Shown here one piece after another: positions 54,201-64,000 of a stretch of DNA of 64,000 bases (the stretch's first letter is position 1; the number at the start of each line of letters is the position of its first letter). The notes under the pieces are model-generated. The model saw only the letters and a program-made list of their open reading frames with translations, searched no databases and was not told the DNA's origin. The position numbers and the translations under genes were made by a program. The stretch lies in NCBI GenBank assembly GCA_034439575.1, contig JAWXAQ010000007.1:256001-320000 (forward strand). The letters are read 5' to 3'. The DNA comes from Leptospira sp. GTDB lineage: Bacteria; Spirochaetota; Leptospiria; Leptospirales; Leptospiraceae.

Positions 54201-56750
54201 TCAAAAACTAATTTCAAAAATTCCCTGATCACGTTTCATTTGGGCAACTTCTAAAATTTTCTCCTTTATAGAAAATAACATTTCCGAATTTTCAATTTTT
54301 TGACCATCTTTCGATTGAATATGAAATGAGTCATACGCAAAGTCAGCGCTAGTTGATATTCTAACAAAAATAACATTCAATTCAAAATCCAACAAGGTTT
54401 TCAAGATACGATAAACAAGTCCTATCGAATCAGGAACTCTTATTTCAAGAACCGTATAGATAAGTGATAAATCATTTGAGATTTTTACTAGTTCTTCCAC
54501 CATACCATCGGGAATTTTTGAAGGTGTTGACCAAATATTACTAGTTGTAGCGATTTCTTCAATATTCACTTTACCGTCGATACATTCTGAAATCAATTTT
54601 TCCATCGCATCTAGTTGCTCTATCCCGATCGTACCTGAACCATATTGATCTGTAATTTGGGCTTGTAGGATAAGTTGGGAATTATTGGTTCGAAATAATC
54701 TTAATCCTACTAAATTTAAACCCAAAGAAGAAATTGACCCGCTAACAGATAATAGTAATTGCATATTATCATTTGAAAAAATTGTGATGGTTACAAAAGC
54801 GGGCTCTGCTTCAGAGATAAATTTAAAAGGTGTTTTTGAATCTAACCATTCCTTGATGCTTACATAATGTTGAAAAATCCGTCTTGGAGTATTATAATTT
54901 AAATAAGACTGAGGAGTGACGTCTAATGCATATTTTACGACAGCATTACAAATTTCCTCACTTAATCCTTCTTTATCTATCAGATAATTTTCTAAGGTTT
55001 GTTCAATTCGCTCTATAGATTTGATTGGATTTGTATTTCTTTCCAATGTATTTAAAGTTGAAATATATAAATGAAAAAGTATTTCTTTTTTCCAATTTGT
55101 AAGCACACCTTTACCGACAGACTTTGTATCTATAATTGTAAGAATATATAACAAACGCAAGGTGTTTTGATTTGAAAATAACATTGAAAAACTTTGGATT
55201 AAACTCGGGTCATGGATATCTCTTTTAGAAGATAATTCGGACATGATGATATGTTCGGCGACGAGAAAACGAAGTAATTCTGTATCATTTTCTGATAAAC
55301 GAAATCGTTCTGCAATGATGAGAGCAAGCTCGGCTCCGTATTGGCTATGATCTCCATCTTTTACTTTACCAGCATCGTGAATAAGTATTGCCAAGATAAG
55401 AATGTCAATTTTTTCACATGAATCAAAAACTTCCTGGATTTGAATATCATCCCATTTTCTTTCAATGAGTAAATCCAATTCCCTAAGTATCAGTAACGTG
55501 TGTTCATCGACAGTGTATTGATGATGAAAACTAAATAATGGAAAATTTGTACAAGCCCCAAATTCAGGAATCAATTTGCCAAGAATATTACATTCATGCA
55601 TTAAAGTTAATAAATGACCGATTCTAGTTTTAGAACGAATCAGTTCCAAAAAGACATCGATCACAGTTTTGTTATTTTTAAAATCTTCATCTATAAAATT
55701 TGAGGCGTATCGGATTTCGTTTAACAAAATGCGCGATGGTTCAGTATTTTCTTTTTGCGCCGCTAAGAAAAAATAAATCACATCTTCGTATAAAGTGTCC
55801 GGATTGGCAAAAGGTTTTATGCCAATTGGTTGTATTGATTGTTTTTTGGAATCTAAGTACATCCCTAGATAAAAATAAATATCTTTTTGGGACTTATAGA
55901 ATTTACTCATAAATCTTTCAATCGCATGTAATTCCGTGCGCTCACCAAACCCCAAAAATTCTGCTACCTCTGGTTGTGAATTGAGATCTAGCCTATCATT
56001 CTTCCTGTCAGATAATATGTGCAAGGCGGACCTAGCCAATAATAGAAAATCATATGCGTTTAAAATGGGAAGAGTGTCACCTCTAAGAAAAAATTCAAAG
56101 ACTCCAGCGCCTTGATGCGAATAATGTAGGTTAGTTTTTTCGATCCAATACATAAATTGAACATCTCTTAAACCAAGAGGGTCATTTTTTATGTTTGGTT
56201 CTGAGAGTAAAAAAGGATCATACGAATTAATGATTCGATCACTTAAAAATTGATATTTCCAATTATTATATTCAACTATTTTCTTTAATGGTAATTTTTC
56301 TAAAAAATCAGTTTTGTATTTTTCGAATAAATAATAGGAACCAATAAGAAATCGAGAATCCAAAATAGCATGATAGGATTGGATGTTATCTATAGAATTG
56401 AATGATTCACGGATCGTCCGGCATGCGTGGCCAACTTCTCTGCCATTATTGTATAAAAAATTGTTAATACTTGATATAACGTTCGTTAAGACTGATTCAG
56501 CAAGTTTTCCATCATGCAAATAGAGTAAATCAATATCTGAATAGGGTGCGATTTCCATTCTGCCGTATCCGCCTATCGGGATTAAGGCTAAATGACCAGA
56601 AAGTGAATACTGAAGATCAAGAGACTGAAATAATGAAATAAGAGAGGAGTCAATCAGTCGGCTTAATTGTCTTGTGAACAATCGGCCTGATTGAATAGTT
56701 TTCGCTTTTGGAAATGTGCGAAGTAGTTTTGCCTTGAGTTCTAATTTCAT
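54201..56750 (-). CDS. glnD: [Protein-PII] uridylyltransferase/uridylyl-removing enzyme
   Basis: GGYGR...PYSDIDL, EPNIK..GLRD, HQYTVDEHT, HD, C-terminal ACT domains. Confidence 0.92.
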   Translation of the reverse strand: MKLELKAKLLRTFPKAKTIQSGRLFTRQLSRLIDSSLISLFQSLDLQYSLSGHLALIPIGGYGRMEIAPYSDIDLLYLHDGKLAESVLTNVISSINNFLYNNGREVGHACRTIRESFNSIDNIQSYHAILDSRFLIGSYYLFEKYKTDFLEKLPLKKIVEYNNWKYQFLSDRIINSYDPFLLSEPNIKNDPLGLRDVQFMYWIEKTNLHYSHQGAGVFEFFLRGDTLPILNAYDFLLLARSALHILSDRKNDRLDLNSQPEVAEFLGFGERTELHAIERFMSKFYKSQKDIYFYLGMYLDSKKQSIQPIGIKPFANPDTLYEDVIYFFLAAQKENTEPSRILLNEIRYASNFIDEDFKNNKTVIDVFLELIRSKTRIGHLLTLMHECNILGKLIPEFGACTNFPLFSFHHQYTVDEHTLLILRELDLLIERKWDDIQIQEVFDSCEKIDILILAILIHDAGKVKDGDHSQYGAELALIIAERFRLSENDTELLRFLVAEHIIMSELSSKRDIHDPSLIQSFSMLFSNQNTLRLLYILTIIDTKSVGKGVLTNWKKEILFHLYISTLNTLERNTNPIKSIERIEQTLENYLIDKEGLSEEICNAVVKYALDVTPQSYLNYNTPRRIFQHYVSIKEWLDSKTPFKFISEAEPAFVTITIFSNDNMQLLLSVSGSISSLGLNLVGLRLFRTNNSQLILQAQITDQYGSGTIGIEQLDAMEKLISECIDGKVNIEEIATTSNIWSTPSKIPDGMVEELVKISNDLSLIYTVLEIRVPDSIGLVYRILKTLLDFELNVIFVRISTSADFAYDSFHIQSKDGQKIENSEMLFSIKEKILEVAQMKRDQGIFEISF

Positions 56751-56795
56751 ATTTGGAAGAGTGGGACTAAATAGGAATCATTTATCATAAAGTCC

Positions 56796-57281
56796 ATGAA
56801 GACTCATTTAAAGATCGTTGCAAGTTACATTATTTGTCATCTAATTTCTTATTTTGCTGTGTCGATACCTTATTATCATCTTGTGATGAAAGGGTACTAT
56901 TCAGGTGTAAATGCACCATTTGCTAAATTTTTAGTAACTGAATCAAACACAGAACTTTGGATAAGGGCCATGAGCCTTTTTTTCCCAGTCCAAATTTTAT
57001 CCGCAGTTTTGTTCTCGGTTTTATTGATTTCACTATATGATTGGATGCTCAGGCAGTCTTTCCTTAAATCTGTTTTTATCGTTTTTTGGTGCAAGGGAAT
57101 CATTGGTGGATTAGCATCTGTTCTTCCAAGTCCAGGTACATTAGAAGGGTATTTATTTATGATACCTGAAATCACAAATCAAATTCATATACTAGTTGCC
57201 ATAGAAGTAAGCCTTCAGGCTCTTTTGATCGCGATCTTATTTAACTTAATTTTATTTCGTCTATGGAAAAGTAAACATTGA
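56796..57281 (+). CDS. Hypothetical membrane protein (about 4 TM)
   Basis: Hydrophobic segments; stop overlaps next start. Confidence 0.65.
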   Translation: MKTHLKIVASYIICHLISYFAVSIPYYHLVMKGYYSGVNAPFAKFLVTESNTELWIRAMSLFFPVQILSAVLFSVLLISLYDWMLRQSFLKSVFIVFWCKGIIGGLASVLPSPGTLEGYLFMIPEITNQIHILVAIEVSLQALLIAILFNLILFRLWKSKH

Positions 57282-58444
57282 GGATACTTTATTTATTTTT
57301 AATTCTTCTTTTTAGTATAACATCAAATACACGAGCCCAATCATGGGAATCTACCATTTGGTTACCTAAAGAATATAAATCAGAGAGGATTTCTAGCTAC
57401 GATATTACCGGTGGTAACAATGATTATATTACTATTGGCAAAGGGGAAAGGAAGACTATTGCTGATATTAAAGGTTCCGGTGTGATTAAACATATTTGGA
57501 TCACCCTAAATTCGAAAGATTTAATGGTCAGGAGAAATACTGTTATTAGATTCTATTGGGATGGGAATGATAAACCAGCCGTAGAAGTTCCATTAGGTGA
57601 TTTTTTTGGGCAAGGTTGGGGCGAAGAATATAATTTAATCTCTGCACCTCTCGTCGTTGCTCCCAAAAAAGGAAAAGCGATGAATTCATATTTTCCTATG
57701 CCTTTCGAATCATCCGCAAAGATCGAAATTGAAAACGAAGGTGATGTTGAGATACCAAATTTTTATTTTTATGTAGATTATGAAAGATGGAAAAAAGCAC
57801 CACCAAGTCCCATGCGATTTTATGCACATTGGAATCGAAGCATCACAGAACCAAATACGAGTGATGGCAAAGAAAATGAATGGGCATTGCTTGGAGAAAC
57901 TGCGAAAGCACCATTGGAAATAAAAGATCAATTTATAGTTTTAAACACAAAGGGCAGAGGACATTTTATCGGTCTTAATTTATACATTGATTCACCAAGC
58001 CCCATGTGGTATGGAGAAGGAGACGATCAAATATTTATTGACTCAGAGAAATGGCCACCCCAACTGCATGGGACAGGTACGGAAGATTTATTCAATACAG
58101 CTTGGTGTCCAAAGGAAGTATTTATGCATCCCTACTTTGGTTATCCAAGAGTTAGTGATAGTACTGGTTGGTTGGGGCGGACGCATTTATATAGATTTTG
58201 GATAGAATCTCCATTGGCATTTGAGAAAAGTTTTCTTTTTGCTCTTGAACATGGGCATGCGAATTCTTTGACATTGGATATGGTATCTGTTGCATACTTT
58301 TACCAAGTACCTGGAACATTTAATTTGCCTTCTCTCCCGAAAAAAGAGAAAAGGCAAAATCAACCTGAGATTAATTTTCGTCATCTACATAAGTGGCGAG
58401 ATGCATATAGAAGTGAAAAAGGAAAAGTTTGGGGCCATGAATGA
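57278..58444 (+). CDS. DUF2961 / GH172 glycoside hydrolase, exported
   Basis: SSYD.TGGN.D, G.IKHIW.T, PLGDFF, NSYFPMPF, WYGEGDD, GTGTED; signal peptide. Confidence 0.9.
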   Translation: MRILYLFLILLFSITSNTRAQSWESTIWLPKEYKSERISSYDITGGNNDYITIGKGERKTIADIKGSGVIKHIWITLNSKDLMVRRNTVIRFYWDGNDKPAVEVPLGDFFGQGWGEEYNLISAPLVVAPKKGKAMNSYFPMPFESSAKIEIENEGDVEIPNFYFYVDYERWKKAPPSPMRFYAHWNRSITEPNTSDGKENEWALLGETAKAPLEIKDQFIVLNTKGRGHFIGLNLYIDSPSPMWYGEGDDQIFIDSEKWPPQLHGTGTEDLFNTAWCPKEVFMHPYFGYPRVSDSTGWLGRTHLYRFWIESPLAFEKSFLFALEHGHANSLTLDMVSVAYFYQVPGTFNLPSLPKKEKRQNQPEINFRHLHKWRDAYRSEKGKVWGHE

Positions 58445-59369
58445 AAATCAAATTTATAAAATTTCTAAAGTAATCGTAGAACGAAGCGTTGACGCTATCA
58501 TTGTTCTGGATGAAAAAAGTAAAATTACATTAACTAATCCAGCCTTACTTTTGTTAAGTGGATTTTTAAAAGAAGAACTCATCGGCCAACCGCTAGATTA
58601 CCTTTTCCCACACGAAATCAATGCTGATCAGTCAAAAGCATTTACTATAGAGAATTTCTTAATTGCTGAAGATACAAAATATGTGACTGGATCCCATAGA
58701 GAATTAGAGCTCACAACCAAAAAAGGGGAACACATACCCATTGAAATCAGAGTCTTTGAAATTGATCCAGATGAAAATGGAAGAAAACAATTTACTGGAA
58801 TTGTTCGAGATATTCGAGAACGCAAAAGATTAGAAGAACAAAAAACACTTCTTATCAATAGTCTCAAACGATTGGCCTATATGGATGAACTTACTTTATT
58901 ACCAAATCGGCGTTCGTTTTATGACTCTCTGCAAAAAAGTATTGCCATTGTTAAACGTCGAAATCGGGAAGCAGTACTGGCAGTATTGGACATAGATCAT
59001 TTCAAATCTATTAATGATACTTATGGACATGATATTGGAGATGTTGTGCTTAAAAACATTGCAAATATCTTTATGGATTGTCTTAGGGAAGAGGATACCA
59101 TCGGAAGAATAGGAGGTGAGGAATTTGGTTGTATACTACCTGATACGGATACAACGGGAGGCGCCGTTGTTTTTGAACGAATTCGTGAATCCGTTCGAGG
59201 GCATAGGTTTTTTATTTTTGATAATTTTTATTTGAATGTCACCATCAGCATGGGTTACACTCGTATCCATCCCACGCAAAAACCGGAAGAAGTGATTAAA
59301 TTTGCTGACATTGCGCTCTATCAGGCAAAAAATTCTGGCCGGGATCGCATCCAAGGCTATCCAATTTAG
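58437..59369 (+). CDS. PAS-GGDEF diguanylate cyclase (start re-called to ATG at 58437)
   Basis: PAS ending VRDIRER; DELT.LPNRR, DIDHFK.IND.YGH, I-site REED, GGEEF. Confidence 0.93.
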   Translation: MNENQIYKISKVIVERSVDAIIVLDEKSKITLTNPALLLLSGFLKEELIGQPLDYLFPHEINADQSKAFTIENFLIAEDTKYVTGSHRELELTTKKGEHIPIEIRVFEIDPDENGRKQFTGIVRDIRERKRLEEQKTLLINSLKRLAYMDELTLLPNRRSFYDSLQKSIAIVKRRNREAVLAVLDIDHFKSINDTYGHDIGDVVLKNIANIFMDCLREEDTIGRIGGEEFGCILPDTDTTGGAVVFERIRESVRGHRFFIFDNFYLNVTISMGYTRIHPTQKPEEVIKFADIALYQAKNSGRDRIQGYPI

Positions 59370-59375
59370 GCAAAT

Positions 59376-59402
59376 TTAGCAGTTTTTCGTTACGACTGCT
59401 AA
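59376..59402. promoter_or_regulatory. Variant CIRCE-like inverted repeat
   Basis: TTAGCAGTT-N9-GACTGCTAA. Confidence 0.6.
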
Positions 59403-59429
59403 AATCAGGCAGAAAATTTCTGAACTTAC

Positions 59430-59458
59430 TTGACCTGAAATACCCATTTTCATAAACT
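59430..59458 (+). promoter_or_regulatory. sigma70 promoter of the hrcA operon
   Basis: TTGACC-N17-TAAACT directly upstream of CIRCE. Confidence 0.7.
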
Positions 59459-59469
59459 TTTTAGATAGA

Positions 59470-59496
59470 TTAGCACTCTAATGATTAGAGTGCTAA
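59470..59496 (+). promoter_or_regulatory. CIRCE element (HrcA operator)
   Basis: Exact consensus TTAGCACTC-N9-GAGTGCTAA. Confidence 0.97.
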
Positions 59497-59512
59497 AAGT
59501 AAAAGAAGAAAC

Positions 59513-60544
59513 ATGAATCTTTCGCCAAGGCATAGAGTCATCCTAAAAGCCCTCATCGATGAGTTTGTTGCAGATAACAAACCTGTCGGTTCGAAGACGC
59601 TTTCAGAAAAATATGACATTGGATTATCGCCTGCGACAATTCGATCTTCTTTGGCAGAGCTGGAAGAGTTTGGTTATATCGCTGCGAGGCATACATCTGG
59701 AGGTCGAGTTCCCACTGAAAGGGGTTACCGCTTCTACGTTGATAGTCTTGTGACTTTATTTGATCTCACTTTGAAAGAGAAACAACGCATCCAAGAAGAA
59801 TACTTGAAGATGCAATTTCGCTTGGACCAAGTCCTTGTGGCAACGTCTAGAGTCTTGGCTTCTCTTTCACAAAGCGCAAGTGTCGTGTTAGGTCCGGAAG
59901 GATCACTTGATACTTTAAAACATTTAGAACTCATACACGTTAATGGTGGTGAGGTGCTAATGATTTTAGTGATGCGTTCAGGAACTGTGGTAAATCGAAA
60001 TATTTTTTTTGATCATCACATTTCCCAAGAGTCACTTTATCAGATGTCACGTTATTTAAATGAAAACGTGAAGGGATTTGATGTTCATGAAATACAGAAC
60101 AATTTAATTCCGCAGCTTATGATGAAAAAAGATGGCCCTGAAGGTTTTTCTGCATTAGCACCTGCGATCGCAAGATCAATGGCAGCAGAAAGTTTTAATA
60201 CTGATAATCTTTATATAGATGGTTTAAAAAATCTATATGAGAACTTCCGTGATGAAGAGGATAGATTGGAAAATATTTTACATCTTTTTGATGAGAAAAA
60301 TTTCCTAAGAGACTTTTTTACGGATCATGTGCCTTTAGATGGAGTTTATACAATTATAGGAAAAGATGGTGATGAGAAGTTAGGTGGTGTTACCATTATA
60401 ACAACAAATTATCGGATGGGTGAAAAAAGAATTGGTTCCATGGGAATCATTGGGCCCCAGAGGATGAATTATAACAAAACATTACCTTTGTTAGAATTCA
60501 CTTCAAAATTAGTTTCTGAAATGATTACAAAATTAAGTAGATAA
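59513..60544 (+). CDS. hrcA: Heat-inducible transcription repressor HrcA
   Basis: PVGSK.L, SPATIR, HTSGGRVPTERGYRFYVD, IIGPQRMNY. Confidence 0.97.
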   Translation: MNLSPRHRVILKALIDEFVADNKPVGSKTLSEKYDIGLSPATIRSSLAELEEFGYIAARHTSGGRVPTERGYRFYVDSLVTLFDLTLKEKQRIQEEYLKMQFRLDQVLVATSRVLASLSQSASVVLGPEGSLDTLKHLELIHVNGGEVLMILVMRSGTVVNRNIFFDHHISQESLYQMSRYLNENVKGFDVHEIQNNLIPQLMMKKDGPEGFSALAPAIARSMAAESFNTDNLYIDGLKNLYENFRDEEDRLENILHLFDEKNFLRDFFTDHVPLDGVYTIIGKDGDEKLGGVTIITTNYRMGEKRIGSMGIIGPQRMNYNKTLPLLEFTSKLVSEMITKLSR

Positions 60545-60556
60545 ATAGGAGGAAAA

Positions 60557-61132
60557 ATGGCAGAGACCAACGAAACAGTAGAAGATCAAGAGGGGTCAAT
60601 TCCAACAGAGGAAACGGAAACACTTTCCGATGAAGCCATGAAGTCAGCCATGGATGGTGTAGAGCTTGAATTGGATAAAGCAAAGAAAGAGATTGATACC
60701 TTAAAAGATTCTTGGTTGAGAGAGAGAGCTGAATTTCAAAATTACAAAAGAAGAACAGCGAACGATCTCTTAAACGCTAGAAAAGATTCGATCAAAAAAT
60801 TTGCTGAAGGATTTCTTGGAGCGTTCGATAATTTGGAACGAGTAACAAATGTTACCAATGCTTCGGCAGAAGTGCAAGCATTCCTAGATGGCATCAATAT
60901 GATCCAAAAAGATTTTATGGGAATATTGGAAAAAGAAGGAATCAAACGATTAGATCCAAATGGGCAGACGTTTGACCCTATGTTTATGGAAGCGATCGTA
61001 TCAGAAGAAAGTGCAGATTATACGGAAGAAACGGTGATTGAAACTTATCAAAAAGGATATTACTTTGAAGATGGGGATTCTAAACAACCAATTCGTCCTG
61101 CAAGAGTGAAAGTGGGAAAACCACAAAGTTAA
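60557..61132 (+). CDS. grpE: Nucleotide exchange factor GrpE
   Basis: AEFQNYKRR, DNLER, FDP..MEA, QKGY, RPARVKV. Confidence 0.96.
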   Translation: MAETNETVEDQEGSIPTEETETLSDEAMKSAMDGVELELDKAKKEIDTLKDSWLRERAEFQNYKRRTANDLLNARKDSIKKFAEGFLGAFDNLERVTNVTNASAEVQAFLDGINMIQKDFMGILEKEGIKRLDPNGQTFDPMFMEAIVSEESADYTEETVIETYQKGYYFEDGDSKQPIRPARVKVGKPQS

Positions 61133-61159
61133 TTATAAAATATAAGTAGGAGATATACC

Positions 61160-63103
61160 ATGTCTAAAGAAAAAATTATAGGAATCGACTTAGGAACAAC
61201 TAACTCGTGTGTTGCTGTTATGGAAGGCGGGGATCCAGTTGTGATCCAAAACTCCGAAGGCGCAAGAACAACTCCATCTATCGTAGCATATACTGCGAAA
61301 GGTGAGACTATTGTTGGTCAGTTTGCAAAAAACCAAGCAATTACGAATGCTGTAAACACTATCCGATCTGCAAAAAGATTTATAGGTCGTAGATACAACG
61401 AATCACAAGATGAAGCGAAAATGGTTTCATACAAAGTGATTCGTGCTGGAAATGACGGCGTTAAATTTGAAACAGTTTCTGGTGAATTTACACCACAAGA
61501 AATCGCGGCTCGTGTCCTCATGAAAATGAAGAAAACAGCAGAAGATTTTCTTGGTTATGAAGTCAAAAAAGCAGTCGTAACAGTTCCTGCCTACTTCAAT
61601 GACGAACAAAGACAAGCAACAAAAGACGCTGGTCGAATTGCTGGTCTTGAAGTAGAACGTATCATCAACGAACCAACAGCAGCTGCACTTGCTTATGGTT
61701 TTGATAAAAAGAAAACAAATGCAAAGATCGCCGTATACGATTTAGGTGGTGGAACATTTGACGTTTCTATTCTAGAACTCGGTGACGGTGTATTTGAAGT
61801 AAAATCAACTAACGGTGATACACACTTAGGTGGTGACGACTTTGATAACGTAGTCATGCAGTGGATGATCGATGAGTTTAAAAAACAAACTGGAATTGAT
61901 ATATCGGCTGATAAAAACACAGTACAAAGATTGAAGGAAGCGGCAGAAAAGGCAAAAATTGAATTGTCTGGAACTTCTACAACTCAAATCAATTTACCAT
62001 TTATTACCGCTGATGCTTCAGGTCCAAAACACTTGGATATGACATTAACTCGTGCTAAATTTGATGATATCACAAAAGCACTTGTTGAAAGAACTCGTAT
62101 TCCATGCTTGAATGCATTGAAGGATGCTGGACTTAGCCCTAGCGAAATAGATGAAGTCATTCTTGTTGGTGGCTCTATTAGAATACCTGCAGTTCAATCC
62201 CTAGTCAAAGAAATCTTTGGGAAAGAGCCAAACAAATCTGTAAACCCAGATGAAGTGGTCGCCGTTGGTGCTGCGATTCAAGGTGGCGTACTTGCTGGAG
62301 AAGTGACTGATGTATTGTTACTTGATGTAACACCTCTTTCACTCGGTATCGAAACTTTGGGTGGAGTGATGACAAAACTCATCGAAAGAAATACTACGAT
62401 ACCTACAAGAAAATCACAAGTATTCTCAACAGCTGCTGATAACCAAACAACCGTTTCTGTACACGTATTGCAAGGCGAACGTGAAATGGCAGGCCACAAC
62501 AGAACATTGGGTAGATTTGATTTAGTCGGTATTCCTTCTGCTCCAAGAGGAGTTCCACAAATCGAAGTTACATTTGACATTGATGCCAATGGTATCGTTC
62601 ATGTGTCAGCAAAAGATTTAGGAACTGGCAAGGAACAAAAGATTCGTATTGAATCATCTTCTGGTTTGTCGGAAGACGAAATCAAAAAAATGGTAAAAGA
62701 TGCAGAAGCTCATGCGGAAGAAGATAAAAAAGCAAGAGAGTTCGCAGATACCAAAAACGAGTTAGAATCAATTTGTTACAGCCTTGAAAAAACTGCGACA
62801 GAAGCGGCTGATAAGTTGGATGAATCTGAAAAGCAAAGAGTTACTGACGAAGTGAAACGAGGACGCGAGGCTATGGAGTCTCAAGACCTTGAAAGAATGA
62901 AATCAGCCAAAGATTCAATCCAACAAGTTGCAACGCAAATAGCTCAAAAGATTTACGCTTCAGCAGGTCCTGAAGCAGGGAATCCTGGAGCGGAAGCGGG
63001 TGCAGGAGCTGGACAGGGTGCTGGTGCAACTAACGGTGCAAATGGTGCAGGCGAAAAAGTCGTCGATGCTGATTACACTGTAGTTGATGACGATAAAAAA
63101 TAA
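61160..63103 (+). CDS. dnaK: Chaperone DnaK
   Basis: [32 protein letters not shown]. Confidence 0.99.
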   Translation: MSKEKIIGIDLGTTNSCVAVMEGGDPVVIQNSEGARTTPSIVAYTAKGETIVGQFAKNQAITNAVNTIRSAKRFIGRRYNESQDEAKMVSYKVIRAGNDGVKFETVSGEFTPQEIAARVLMKMKKTAEDFLGYEVKKAVVTVPAYFNDEQRQATKDAGRIAGLEVERIINEPTAAALAYGFDKKKTNAKIAVYDLGGGTFDVSILELGDGVFEVKSTNGDTHLGGDDFDNVVMQWMIDEFKKQTGIDISADKNTVQRLKEAAEKAKIELSGTSTTQINLPFITADASGPKHLDMTLTRAKFDDITKALVERTRIPCLNALKDAGLSPSEIDEVILVGGSIRIPAVQSLVKEIFGKEPNKSVNPDEVVAVGAAIQGGVLAGEVTDVLLLDVTPLSLGIETLGGVMTKLIERNTTIPTRKSQVFSTAADNQTTVSVHVLQGEREMAGHNRTLGRFDLVGIPSAPRGVPQIEVTFDIDANGIVHVSAKDLGTGKEQKIRIESSSGLSEDEIKKMVKDAEAHAEEDKKAREFADTKNELESICYSLEKTATEAADKLDESEKQRVTDEVKRGREAMESQDLERMKSAKDSIQQVATQIAQKIYASAGPEAGNPGAEAGAGAGQGAGATNGANGAGEKVVDADYTVVDDDKK

Positions 63104-63127
63104 ATATAAGAAAGCGAAGAAAAGTTT

Positions 63128-64000
63128 ATGAGCGACCGCGGTTACTACGAAGTATTGGGCGTTTCGAAAGGTGCCTCTGATGAAGAGATAAAAGGCGCCT
63201 ATCGTAAGTTAGCCATTAAGTATCACCCTGACAAAAATAAGGGTGATAAGGAAGCTGAAGAAAAGTTTAAAGAAGCTACCGAAGCCTACGAAGTGTTACG
63301 TGAACCGCAAAAACGTGCGGCTTATGACCAATTCGGTAAAGCAGGTGTGGGTGCAAGTGGTCAAGGATTTGGCCAAGGCGCATACACTGATTTCTCTGAT
63401 ATATTTGGAGACTTCGGTGATATCTTCAGTGAATTTTTTGGAGGCGGCGGCGGTGGTCGCGGTGGCGCAAGACGGTCGGGTCCTCAACGAGGATCTGACC
63501 TTCGCTATAATTTGGAAATCAGTTTAGAGGATGCGGCACTTGGAAAAGAATATAAGATTGAAATTCCAAGGGCAGAGACTTGTACCGATTGCAGTGGATC
63601 TGGTGCCACTAAAGGTTCATCTCCGACTGTTTGTCCTGACTGTAGTGGGTCTGGCCAAGTTAGGCGGACGCAAGGTTTCTTTAGTGTCACAACCACTTGT
63701 CCACGTTGTAAAGGAAAAGGAAAAATTATTTCCAATCCATGTAAAACTTGTAAGGGCGAAGGCCTAAATGAAAAACGAAGGACTATCCATATAAAAATTC
63801 CACCTGGAGTTGAATCTGGTAGCCGTTTGAAAGTATCAGGCGAAGGGGAAGCTGGACCTAACAGTGGCCCACATGGTGACCTATACGTTGTTACACATAT
63901 TAAAAAACACCCTGTTTTTGAAAGACAAGGGAATGATTTAATAGTACAGAAAACCATTTCATTAACGCTTGCTTGTCTTGGTGGCGAAATTGAAGTACCT
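63128..64000 (+). CDS. dnaJ: Chaperone DnaJ (3'-truncated by window end; absent from ORF track)
   Basis: Manual translation from ATG 63128: [12 protein letters not shown]...YHPDKN, G/F region, four CxxCxGxG repeats. Confidence 0.97.
   Translation, partial: MSDRGYYEVLGVSKGASDEEIKGAYRKLAIKYHPDKNKGDKEAEEKFKEATEAYEVLREPQKRAAYDQFGKAGVGASGQGFGQGAYTDFSDIFGDFGDIFSEFFGGGGGGRGGARRSGPQRGSDLRYNLEISLEDAALGKEYKIEIPRAETCTDCSGSGATKGSSPTVCPDCSGSGQVRRTQGFFSVTTTCPRCKGKGKIISNPCKTCKGEGLNEKRRTIHIKIPPGVESGSRLKVSGEGEAGPNSGPHGDLYVVTHIKKHPVFERQGNDLIVQKTISLTLACLGGEIEVP

Noticed and set aside
62960..63055. GC-richer repetitive stretch at the end of dnaK
   Set aside because: Encodes the ordinary Gly/Ala-rich DnaK C-terminal tail
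409..63957. Many 60-150 aa ORFs antisense or out of frame within long genes
   Set aside because: Shadow ORFs of well-supported genes with no recognisable motifs
1..64000. CRISPR array, rRNA/tRNA, IS/integrase or prophage
   Set aside because: No regularly spaced direct repeats, structural-RNA signatures or mobile-element proteins seen; intergenic gaps are all short

Overview
AT-rich, gene-dense bacterial chromosomal window. The gene families (TRL-like lipoproteins, HbpA/HmuY-type iron-uptake locus, plastid-type FNR, spirochaete-style lipoprotein signal peptides, hrcA-grpE-dnaK-dnaJ) point to Leptospira, probably a saprophytic lineage (inference). Most of it is core or conserved-accessory content: acs, hppA, queE, a SNF2 helicase, FNR, fliG, pepN, aroC/aroD, kdsD, nuoG/nuoI, a thiolase, glnD, two c-di-GMP enzymes and the dnaK heat-shock operon (dnaJ runs off the end). 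I saw no rRNA, tRNA, CRISPR array, transposase, integrase or prophage, and I cannot support a clearly new multi-gene system. The best leads are protein-level and regulatory oddities: a probable Fur-boxed HmuY/TonB-receptor operon whose HmuY has no His or Met in the mature chain and which ends in an HEXXH gene; QueE with a CX3CX9C motif coupled to a SNF2 helicase; a tandem amidase with two different zinc-ligand sets; a pair of large beta-propeller lipoproteins; four TRL-like paralogs; DUF3015 next to a barrel that lacks the usual DUF4105 domain; and a second, variant CIRCE upstream of hrcA. All family assignments come from motif recognition by eye; no searches were run.
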